DNA from: an uncultured Chloroflexia bacterium
GTDB taxonomy: Bacteria > Chloroflexota > Limnocylindria > QHBO01
DNA length: 64,000 nucleotides
Assembly: GCA_963753125.1 (NCBI GenBank)
Contig: CAVWAU010000001.1
Location: forward strand, 71,065-135,064
Direction: 5' to 3'
Part shown: in pieces, positions 9,356 through 16,551 of the stretch
Layout of the letters: each line of letters begins with the position of its first letter
Numbering within the stretch: the stretch's first letter is position 1
Made by a program: the position numbers and the translations under genes
Notes under the pieces: model-generated
Databases searched by the model: none
What the model saw: the letters and a program-made list of their open reading frames with translations, nothing else
What the model was told of the DNA's origin: nothing

Positions 9356-10245
9356 ACGAGCGCGGGCTCGACCTGCGCGGCCCGCTCGACCTCGCGGGAA
9401 CGCTCGGACCCCTGGCTCACGGCCGTGGCGACCGCACCATCCGGCTCGCCCCCGACGGGGCATGGCTCGCCTTCCGCACGCCCGAAGGTCCGGCCACCCT
9501 GCGGCTGCGGCTCACCGCGCCGACCCACCTCGAGGCTACGGCGTGGGGTCCCGGTGCCGCCGACGCCCTCGACGGCGCCGGCCCCCTCGTCGGCGAGGCG
9601 GATCGGCCGGAGGAGTTCACCGCCGCCCATCCGCTCCTGCGCCGGCTGGAGCGCGCACACGCGGGGCTGCGCCTGCCGCAGACGCGACGCGTCTTCCACG
9701 CCCTGCTGCCATCGGTCCTCGAGCAGAAGGTAACCGGCACCGAGGCCTTCCGCGCGTACGCGGCGCTCCTGCGTCATTACGGCGAGGCGGCGCCGGGCCC
9801 CGCGAACCTGCTCCTTCCGCCCGCCCCGGCCACGCTGGCCGGCCTGCCCTACCACGCCTTTCACCCGTTCGGCGTCGAGCGGCGCCGGGCCGACGTCATC
9901 CGCCGCGCGGCCGCGCGAGCGGCCTGGCTGGATGCCGCGCCCACGTCTGCCGAGGCGACGACCCGGCTTCGATCCCTGCCCGGCATCGGCCCGTGGACCG
10001 CGGCGGAGGTCGTGCGCTGCGCCTTCGGTGATCCCGATGCGGTGAGCGTCGGCGACTACCACGTGCCGAACATGGTGGCGTGGGCGCTGGCCGGCGAGGC
10101 GCGCGCGGACGACGCGCGCATGCTCGAGCTGCTCCAGCCGTACCGCGGGCAGCGCGGCCGCGTCCAGCGCCTGCTCGAGGCCGGGGGGATCACGGCGCCG
10201 CGATACGGTCCGCGCATGGCGCCACGCAGCATCGTCGCCATCTGA
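9352..10245 (+). CDS. DNA-3-methyladenine glycosylase II (AlkA-like, HhH-GPD) family protein
   Basis: 297-aa ORF; GTG start overlaps the preceding stop (GTGA). HhH motif LRSLPGIGPWTAAEVV followed by FGDPDAVSVGDYHV (catalytic Asp position retained). Confidence 0.8.
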   Translation: MNERGLDLRGPLDLAGTLGPLAHGRGDRTIRLAPDGAWLAFRTPEGPATLRLRLTAPTHLEATAWGPGAADALDGAGPLVGEADRPEEFTAAHPLLRRLERAHAGLRLPQTRRVFHALLPSVLEQKVTGTEAFRAYAALLRHYGEAAPGPANLLLPPAPATLAGLPYHAFHPFGVERRRADVIRRAAARAAWLDAAPTSAEATTRLRSLPGIGPWTAAEVVRCAFGDPDAVSVGDYHVPNMVAWALAGEARADDARMLELLQPYRGQRGRVQRLLEAGGITAPRYGPRMAPRSIVAI

Positions 10246-10248
10246 CCG

Positions 10249-11463
10249 GTGCGCATCGCGCTCGCCACCGTCGGCACCGCCGGAGACGTGGCGCCGTTCG
10301 TCCTCCTCGCCCGCCGGCTCGTCGCGCGCGGGCACGAGGTCACCGCCATCAGCTGGCCGCTGCATCGCGCCGCGCTCTCGCAGCCGGGCGTGCGCGTCGA
10401 GGTCGCCGGCCCGCACGCCGACCCCGGGCGCATCGCGGCGGTCGCGGCCGAGGCTGCCGCGCGGCCCCCGCTCGACCAGGTCGCCATCCTCCGCGACTTC
10501 CACCTCGCCGACGGCGAGGATCACTTTCGACGGCTGCGCGCTCTGCTCCCCGGGCACGACCTCGTCGTCGTCCATGGCATCCATGTGCTCGCCCACGCGG
10601 CGGTCCTCGACGCGGGCATGCCGTTTGCCACCGCGGTCTTCGACCCGGTGCTGCTGCCGACGCGGAGCGCCCCACCGCCGGGCCTTCCGCCGCTCGGACC
10701 GTTCAACCGCGTGGCGTGGTGGGTGCTCGACCAGGTGCTGGCACGGACCGGCCGCCCGGTCGACGCGATCCTGTCGCGCGGCGGTAGCGCCCAGCGCGGC
10801 CTGCGGCTGTTCCGGGCTCGCTCGCCGCTGCTGCACCTCCTCGGCTGCTCGCCGGCGATCATCCGCGTGCCGCCCGATCTCCCGGCCGGCACCCGCGTCA
10901 CCGGAAGCTGGCTGGACGACGCGCCCGTCGCGCCGCTGCCGCCGGAGATCGAGGCGTTCCTGGGTGACGGCGCGCCGCCGATCGTCATCGGCTTCGGTTC
11001 GATGGCCGGGTTCTCGGAGCCAGCCCTCGACGAAGCGGTCGAGAGGATCCTCGAGGGCGGGCGCCGGGTGGTCGCGCAGGGGGACGTCTCGGCGGACGTC
11101 GCGTCGCCCAGCCTCCTGCGCATCGGAAGCGTCGACCATCGGGCCCTCTTCCCGCGCTCCGCGCTCGTCGTCCACCACGGCGGCTCCGGCACGACACACG
11201 CCGTGTGCGCGGCCGGCGTGCCGTCGCTCGTCATCCCGCACGTCGGCGACCAGCCCTACTGGGCCGATCGGCTCCGCCGGCTGGGAGTCGCCCCACCGCC
11301 TCCGGCGGTGCGCGGCCTGCGAGCCGACCGCCTGGCCGACGCCGCCCTATCCGCGGCTGCCGATCCGGCGATGCGCCGGCGCGCGGCGGCGCTGGCTGAG
11401 TCCATGCGGCACGAACGCGGGCTGGACGAGGCGGTCGCGGCCATCGAACGGGCCGCCTCCTGA
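10249..11463 (+). CDS. GT1-family glycosyltransferase (MGT / UDP-glycosyltransferase-like)
   Basis: 404-aa ORF. MRIALATVGTAGDVAPFVLLARRL N-terminus and C-terminal nucleotide-sugar motif VVHHGGSGTTHAVCAAGVPSLVIPHVGDQPYWA. Confidence 0.85.
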   Translation: MRIALATVGTAGDVAPFVLLARRLVARGHEVTAISWPLHRAALSQPGVRVEVAGPHADPGRIAAVAAEAAARPPLDQVAILRDFHLADGEDHFRRLRALLPGHDLVVVHGIHVLAHAAVLDAGMPFATAVFDPVLLPTRSAPPPGLPPLGPFNRVAWWVLDQVLARTGRPVDAILSRGGSAQRGLRLFRARSPLLHLLGCSPAIIRVPPDLPAGTRVTGSWLDDAPVAPLPPEIEAFLGDGAPPIVIGFGSMAGFSEPALDEAVERILEGGRRVVAQGDVSADVASPSLLRIGSVDHRALFPRSALVVHHGGSGTTHAVCAAGVPSLVIPHVGDQPYWADRLRRLGVAPPPPAVRGLRADRLADAALSAAADPAMRRRAAALAESMRHERGLDEAVAAIERAAS

Positions 11464-11556
11464 CCGCTCATGAAAGTCTCATCAAGCAGTCATGATCCCA
11501 GGCCTCGGTGTGGGTAGCCTCACGGCATCAAGACGTGCCGCAGCGAGGAGCCCGCC

Positions 11557-12309
11557 ATGAGTACACGTGTCCAGCTGGTGGCGACCGCAGCCCTGATCAC
11601 CGTCGGGCTCGTCGCGTGTGGGACCACCGCCACAGGTGGGTCGGGGGTGGCTGCCGACGCGACCGTTGATCCCACGGCAACGCCAGCCCCCACGCCAACG
11701 CCATCCCACACACCAAGGCCAACCCCGGCGCCATGCCCCACCACGACCGACGATGACGGCTCCTGCCAGAACGTCTCGGCATTCGCGAACATCTTCGGCG
11801 CAGGGCGCGATACAGCCCCAGCTCCGGGCGGTGGTGGGGCAGGAGAGCTCCCTCCAGAGTGGCCGCTCCCGAGTGGTGAGACGCGAGTCGTCAGCTTCCC
11901 GCTCGTGACCGGCGAGATCTACGGCCGCATCGGTCAAGCCCCATCGAACGGCCCGGGCGGCGAGACGCTGCTCAGCACCGACGTCCAGTCGTTCGAAGGC
12001 ATCTCGGGGATCGTCCACGGCGAGAAGGCCATGTTCCTCGTGGGGGTCTTTCTGACCGATGAGGAACCAGCCGATCCGGCACCTGTGAGGCTTGACTTCA
12101 GTGAGAACGAGGACTTCGATCTGCTTGAGCCGGAGATTGGTCAGACCTTCTTGATCGGCGACGGCATCGGGCGTCGTTACCTCGTCCCGCAGGGCGCAAC
12201 CCGGCTCTTCCTTGGCTTCGCGGAGGGAATGTTCTACAAAGGCCCGCCTGGCTGGTACGAGAACAACTCTGGCCACTTGGTGGTCAGCGTCGAGGTCGCG
12301 ACGGAATAA
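11557..12309 (+). CDS. lipoprotein of unknown function
   Basis: 250-aa ORF. Signal peptide with lipobox (ALITVGLVAC), a Thr/Pro-rich linker, then a globular domain. Locally lower GC. Confidence 0.65.
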   Translation: MSTRVQLVATAALITVGLVACGTTATGGSGVAADATVDPTATPAPTPTPSHTPRPTPAPCPTTTDDDGSCQNVSAFANIFGAGRDTAPAPGGGGAGELPPEWPLPSGETRVVSFPLVTGEIYGRIGQAPSNGPGGETLLSTDVQSFEGISGIVHGEKAMFLVGVFLTDEEPADPAPVRLDFSENEDFDLLEPEIGQTFLIGDGIGRRYLVPQGATRLFLGFAEGMFYKGPPGWYENNSGHLVVSVEVATE

Positions 12310-12392
12310 GCCAGCGACCCGAGTTCGTTGCCGCCCACTTGACCGATGGCCGAGCTCGGGCTCCTCCCGAAAGAGTTTCGACTGCACTGCTA

Positions 12393-12469
12393 TGGCGTCC
12401 CCGGCAGGATTCGAACCTGCGACCGGCCGCTTAGAAGGCGGCTGCTCTGGTCCACTGAGCTACGGGGAC
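12393..12469 (-). tRNA. tRNA-Arg (anticodon TCT), CCA encoded
   Basis: Minus-strand sequence GTCCCCGTAGCTCAGTGGACCAGAGCAGCCGCCTTCTAAGCGGCCGGTCGCAGGTTCGAATCCTGCCGGGGACGCCA folds as a cloverleaf: 7-bp acceptor stem, anticodon loop CTTCTAA, T-loop TTCGAAT. Confidence 0.9.
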
Positions 12470-12524
12470 CCGCGCGACAGGATAGCGCTCGGCCTATACT
12501 CGCCACCCAATCCCAGGAGCCCTC

Positions 12525-12935
12525 ATGCCCGAGCCAAGGCGCCGCCCGCACATAAGCGTGGTGAACGACAACCCAGATTTCCTCGAGCTCATGTCCGCCA
12601 TCCTCGACGAGGACGCCGGGTACGAGGTGAGCCTCTACAACGGCCAGCAGGTCGGGATCGGCGAGCTCGCGGCCTCGGACCCGGACCTCATCGTCGTCGA
12701 CCTGCTGCTCGGCGGCGCATCGGGCTGGGAGATCGTCACCCTCGCGCGCTCCGACGACCGCCTGGCGGCCGTGCCGATCATCGTCTGCTCGGCGGACGTC
12801 TCCGCCCTGCGAGAGCGTGCCCCGGATCTCGAGCGCATCGGCAATGTCCACATCCTGACCAAGCCGTTCGCGATCGAGGAGATCACCGGGCTGGTGGAGG
12901 ACCTGATCGGGCGGGCCGTCCCCGCGTCACGCTAG
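12525..12935 (+). CDS. single-domain response regulator (receiver only)
   Basis: 136-aa ORF. ISVVNDNPDF..., phospho-acceptor context DLIVVDLLL, conserved TKPF lysine motif. No output domain. Confidence 0.8.
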   Translation: MPEPRRRPHISVVNDNPDFLELMSAILDEDAGYEVSLYNGQQVGIGELAASDPDLIVVDLLLGGASGWEIVTLARSDDRLAAVPIIVCSADVSALRERAPDLERIGNVHILTKPFAIEEITGLVEDLIGRAVPASR

Positions 12936-12949
12936 ACTTGGCGGCGCCG

Positions 12950-13249
12950 ATGGCCGACGACAAGCTCATCACCCCGGTCCAGCTCCAGCGCACGCAGGTC
13001 GACACCGATCGCGAGCTGCTCCGCGACGAGGATCTCCTCAACGAGGAGCACCTGCGCCGCATGGACCAGGTCCTCCTCCGTCGCAACCTCGACCACGCCC
13101 GCATCTTCAGCCGCAAGCTCAGCCTCGAGCTCCAGCAGTACGTCCACCTCTATACGCCCGAGGCGAACGAGCTCCGGAGGCGGATCGAGAAGTACATGGT
13201 CATGGAGCGCCTGATCGAGCGCGAGATGGCCCGCCGCCACACGTACTGA
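12950..13249 (+). CDS. hypothetical helical protein
   Basis: ATG at 12950 inside track ORF 12212..13249. 99 aa: MADDKLITPVQLQRTQVDTDRELLRDEDLLNEEHLRRM... Charged, coiled-coil-like. No family recognised. Confidence 0.5.
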   Translation: MADDKLITPVQLQRTQVDTDRELLRDEDLLNEEHLRRMDQVLLRRNLDHARIFSRKLSLELQQYVHLYTPEANELRRRIEKYMVMERLIEREMARRHTY

Positions 13250-13257
13250 CGCACGAA

Positions 13258-13292
13258 GAAGCCCCGACCCGCCGAGCTCGGGCCGGGGCTTC
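13258..13292. terminator. GC-rich hairpin between convergent genes (putative bidirectional terminator)
   Basis: GAAGCCCCGACCCG-ccgagct-CGGGCCGGGGCTTC: 14-bp stem with one mismatch. Lies between the stops at 13249 (+) and 13332 (-). No clear U-tract. Confidence 0.45.
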
Positions 13293-13331
13293 CGGGGAGT
13301 TGGTTCCAATCCGGCGCAGGGCGGCCTTCGC

Positions 13332-13676
13332 TCAGGCGACCGCGGCCTGCGCCTCGAGACGTGGTGTCGTGGGTCCGCGATGATCGTCGGTCTCACGCTG
13401 CTCCGCCATCCCGGCCAGGACGGCGCGCGCCCAGCCGGCCAGGCGGGGCATCTCGAGCAGTGTGAAGGTCACTCCGCGGGCCGCGAGCTGCGCGTGGTCC
13501 CAGCCATTGAACTCCCGGCGTGCGGCGACACCGCACATCTCGTCGTAGAGCTCGGGCCAGGACATCCCGCGCTGAGCGTGGCAGTAGCGGATGAAGGCGA
13601 CGATGTCAGGAGTTGGCAGCTCCCCTGCTCCGGGCCGTGGGACGGCGGCTCCGGACGCCAACGACCGCTGGCTCAT
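13332..13676 (-). CDS. hypothetical protein
   Basis: Internal ATG (13676) of track ORF 13332..13817: MSQRSLASG...DIVAFIRYCHAQRGMSWPELYDEMCGVAARREFNGWDHAQLAARGVTF. The upstream extension looks non-coding. Confidence 0.5.
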   Translation of the reverse strand: MSQRSLASGAAVPRPGAGELPTPDIVAFIRYCHAQRGMSWPELYDEMCGVAARREFNGWDHAQLAARGVTFTLLEMPRLAGWARAVLAGMAEQRETDDHRGPTTPRLEAQAAVA

Positions 13677-13872
13677 GCGATGGCACCCTCCGTGTGCTGT
13701 GGGGTGGAATTGGATGATGACGGTGGCACTGCGCCTCGGTTGAGGATGCAGGGCCGGGCCGGATCGTAGGCGCCTCGGGCCGCACTGCGGAAGGGGAATG
13801 TCCACCAAGTTGTCCACATCTTGTTCAACACCGGCCCCGACCCCGTACGAATGACCCTCGGGAGGCCGCCGC

Positions 13873-13905
13873 AGTAAGCGAGTGGTAAGCGCCTGGTAAG
13901 CCGCG
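13873..13905. promoter_or_regulatory. three 11-bp-phased direct repeats AGTAAGCGAGT / GGTAAGCGCCT / GGTAAGCCGCG
   Basis: Read directly. Heptamers start at 13873, 13884 and 13895. Second copy of the 5774-5806 architecture. Lies upstream of minus-strand gene 13332..13676 and just 3' of the solA-like gene. Confidence 0.6.
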
Positions 13906-13913
13906 CCGTGCTA

Positions 13914-15098
13914 TCAACTGTTCAAGTCACTTGAACTCCTGGCGGATGGTGCTGCCCCGGAGCCAGAGATGAAGCGATCGAGTCGGAAGAGACCGATGTC
14001 GTGGCGCGTCTCACCCTCCACCGCCAAGTCGGCCAGGATCTCTCCCACCACCGATGCGAACTTGTACCCGTGCCCGGACTCGCCGGCGAACAGCGACACC
14101 TGGGGCGACTCTGCCAGCGTGTCGAGCAGGAAGTGCTCGTCGGGCGAGTTCGTGAAGATGCAGGCCTTGAGCATCACCGTGGGCCCGGCGCCGTCGGGGA
14201 AGTAACGCTCGGCGAAGGCGCGCAGCACGGCCTCGTCGTCCGGGCGCACCGAGCGGTCCAGGTCGGACGGGTCCATCGGCTCGGTGAGGTGGTGGTAACG
14301 TCCGAACTTGAAGCCCGGGACGTCGTGCACCGGGAAGCCGTAGTAGTTGCCCTCGTCGACGTCGATGAGGAAGACAGGGAACCGATCGGGCGCGAAGAGA
14401 TCCTCCCTGGTCGGCTGCAGCCACGCGAGAACCTGGCGCTCGGGCACGGCCAGGCCCTCCAGCTTCGGCACGAGCGCTCGCGACCAGGCGCCGGCGGTGA
14501 TGACGAGCCGGTCGGCGACATAGGTTCCTCGCTCGGTGGTGACTCGCACCCCGTCGTCCATCGGCTCCCAGCGCAGCACCGGCTCGCGGAAACGCAGCTC
14601 GGCGCCGGCGGCGAGCGCGCCGTTCACGTGCGCGATGATCGTCCGCTCGGCGAGGAGGAAGCCACCATCCGGCTGGTACACGACACGCGTCCGAGCATCG
14701 AATCCGGCGTAGGCCGGATAGCGCCGCCGCATCTCGTCGGCGTCTAGCACCTCGTGCTCCAGATCGTGGAGCTCGGCGGCCTCGAGCGCGCCGCGGAAGG
14801 TCGTCCCGTCCGCGGGCCCGCCCTCGAGCGAGCCGGTGGTGACGAGCAGCCGCTCGCCGGCATCGGCCTCGAGGTCGTGCCAGAGCTCGTACGCTCGACG
14901 CAGCAGAGGCACGTAAGACGGGTGCTCGTGGTAGGCCAGCCGGATGATCCGGGTCAGCCCGTGCGACGAGCCGAGCTCGTGGAGGAGGTCGAACTGCTCC
15001 AGCCCCAGCACCCGTTTGCCGTGCCGCGCCAGGTGATAGGCCGATGCCGACCCCATCCCTCCCAGGCCGATGACGATCGCGTCGTACCGATCGGCCAC
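13914..15098 (-). CDS. solA: N-methyl-L-tryptophan oxidase / monomeric sarcosine oxidase family flavoprotein
   Basis: 394-aa ORF. YDAIVIGLGGMGSASAYHLA Rossmann motif, KACIFTNSPDEHFLLD (covalent-FAD Cys context) and GESGHGYKF. Confidence 0.85.
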   Translation of the reverse strand: MADRYDAIVIGLGGMGSASAYHLARHGKRVLGLEQFDLLHELGSSHGLTRIIRLAYHEHPSYVPLLRRAYELWHDLEADAGERLLVTTGSLEGGPADGTTFRGALEAAELHDLEHEVLDADEMRRRYPAYAGFDARTRVVYQPDGGFLLAERTIIAHVNGALAAGAELRFREPVLRWEPMDDGVRVTTERGTYVADRLVITAGAWSRALVPKLEGLAVPERQVLAWLQPTREDLFAPDRFPVFLIDVDEGNYYGFPVHDVPGFKFGRYHHLTEPMDPSDLDRSVRPDDEAVLRAFAERYFPDGAGPTVMLKACIFTNSPDEHFLLDTLAESPQVSLFAGESGHGYKFASVVGEILADLAVEGETRHDIGLFRLDRFISGSGAAPSARSSSDLNS

Positions 15099-15177
15099 TC
15101 AGCCAGCCTCCTCGATGAGTTTCGGGCGTGACGGCCATCCTATTGGCATCGGCAACGCATCCGCAGCGAGGGACCGC

Positions 15178-16551
15178 ATGCGACAGGAGATTCCCGGGTT
15201 CGGCGGCACCGTCATCGGCCCCGAAGACGACGGCTACGACGACCACCGCGAAGTCTGGAACGCCATGGTCGACCACCGGCCGGCGCTCATCGCGCGGTGT
15301 GAGGGCGCCAGCGATGTTTCGGCCGCCATCCTCCATGCGCGCGCCGAGGGTCTCGAAGTCGGCATCAAGTGCGGCGGGCACAACGTCCTCGGCCACTCGG
15401 TGCCCGACGGCGGGCTGATGGTCGACCTGTCGCCGATGTCCGCGGTGACCGTCGATCCGACCACGCGACGCGCGACCGTGCAGGGCGGCGCGCTGCTGCG
15501 CTTCCTCGATCGAGCCTCGCAGGCGCACGGCCTGGCCACGACCGCGGGCAACGTCTCCCATACCGGCGTCGGCGGCCTGACCCTCGGTGGCGGCATGGGC
15601 TGGCTCGCGCGCCAGGCGGGCCTCGCCTGCGACAACGTCGAGGCCTACACCCTCGTGACCGCCGACGGTGACATCGTCCGCGCCACGGCCGAGGAGAACC
15701 CGGACCTGTACTGGGGCCTGCGCGGCGGCGGCGGCAACTTCGGCGTCGTGACCGAGTTCACGTTCCGCCTGCACCCGATCGTGGGCCGTGCCCTGGTCGT
15801 GGAGCTCGCCTTCCCCGCGGCCGAAGCCCTGGAGCCGATGCGCCGCTGGCGCGACATGCTCCCCGACGCACCCCGCCCTGCGACGTTGACGGCGGACGCG
15901 ATCACCGTGAACGGGAGGCCGATGGTCGCCATCGGCTTCGTCTGGGTCGGCGATCCCGACGACGCACGCGCCTACCTGCCGGCGATGCGCGACATCGGTC
16001 AGGCCGCTGACGCGAGCGTGGTCGAGATGAGCTATCTCGAGCTCCAGACCATCGGTGACGCCAACCACCATCACGGCAAGCGCCGCTACGCCAACGGCCA
16101 CTACCTCCGCGAGCTGACCGATACGGCCATCGATGCCTTCATGTCGCGCGGGGTTGGGGCCGACGACGGCGTCGACTGGTCACGGGTCGCCGGGGGCGGC
16201 TTCCAGGCCTACGGCGGTGCCATCGGCGACGTGTCGAATGAGGATTCGGCGTTCAGCCACCGCGACACGCTGGTCGAGTTCTTCGGCGGCCACACGTGGA
16301 TCGACGCAGCCGAGGACGCGGAGCGCATCGCGTCGGCACGGGCGTACGGGAACGCGCTGGAGCCGTTCTCCAGCGGGGTGTACGTCAACGTGCTGGCCGA
16401 CGAGGACGACGCCGGTGTCCGGCGCGCCTACGGCGACGCCAAGCTCCGTCGGCTCTCCGAGCTGAAGCGACGATGGGATCCCGACAACGTCTTCCACCTC
16501 AACCAGAACATCGCCCCCGCCGCGGAGGATCAGTCCGTCGAGGGAAGCTGA
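15178..16551 (+). CDS. FAD-linked oxidase (PCMH-type FAD-binding plus BBE-like C-terminus)
   Basis: ATG at 15178 inside track ORF 15070..16551. ...LIARCEGASDVSAAILHARAEGLEVGIKCGGHN..., and C-terminal YVNVLADED...RLSELKRRWDPDNVFHLNQNI typical of berberine-bridge-like domains. Confidence 0.85.
   Translation: MRQEIPGFGGTVIGPEDDGYDDHREVWNAMVDHRPALIARCEGASDVSAAILHARAEGLEVGIKCGGHNVLGHSVPDGGLMVDLSPMSAVTVDPTTRRATVQGGALLRFLDRASQAHGLATTAGNVSHTGVGGLTLGGGMGWLARQAGLACDNVEAYTLVTADGDIVRATAEENPDLYWGLRGGGGNFGVVTEFTFRLHPIVGRALVVELAFPAAEALEPMRRWRDMLPDAPRPATLTADAITVNGRPMVAIGFVWVGDPDDARAYLPAMRDIGQAADASVVEMSYLELQTIGDANHHHGKRRYANGHYLRELTDTAIDAFMSRGVGADDGVDWSRVAGGGFQAYGGAIGDVSNEDSAFSHRDTLVEFFGGHTWIDAAEDAERIASARAYGNALEPFSSGVYVNVLADEDDAGVRRAYGDAKLRRLSELKRRWDPDNVFHLNQNIAPAAEDQSVEGS

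Noticed and set aside
11476-11487. 12-mer GTCTCATCAAGC shared between 11476-11487 and 20368-20379, both next to stop codons
   Set aside because: Hundreds of 12-mer coincidences are expected by chance in 64 kb on two strands, and there is no extended similarity.
11470-12392. Possible genomic islet downstream of the tRNA-Arg(TCT) 3' end (lower-GC lipoprotein gene)
   Set aside because: I found no direct repeat of the tRNA-Arg 3' end and no integrase. Lower GC alone is insufficient.
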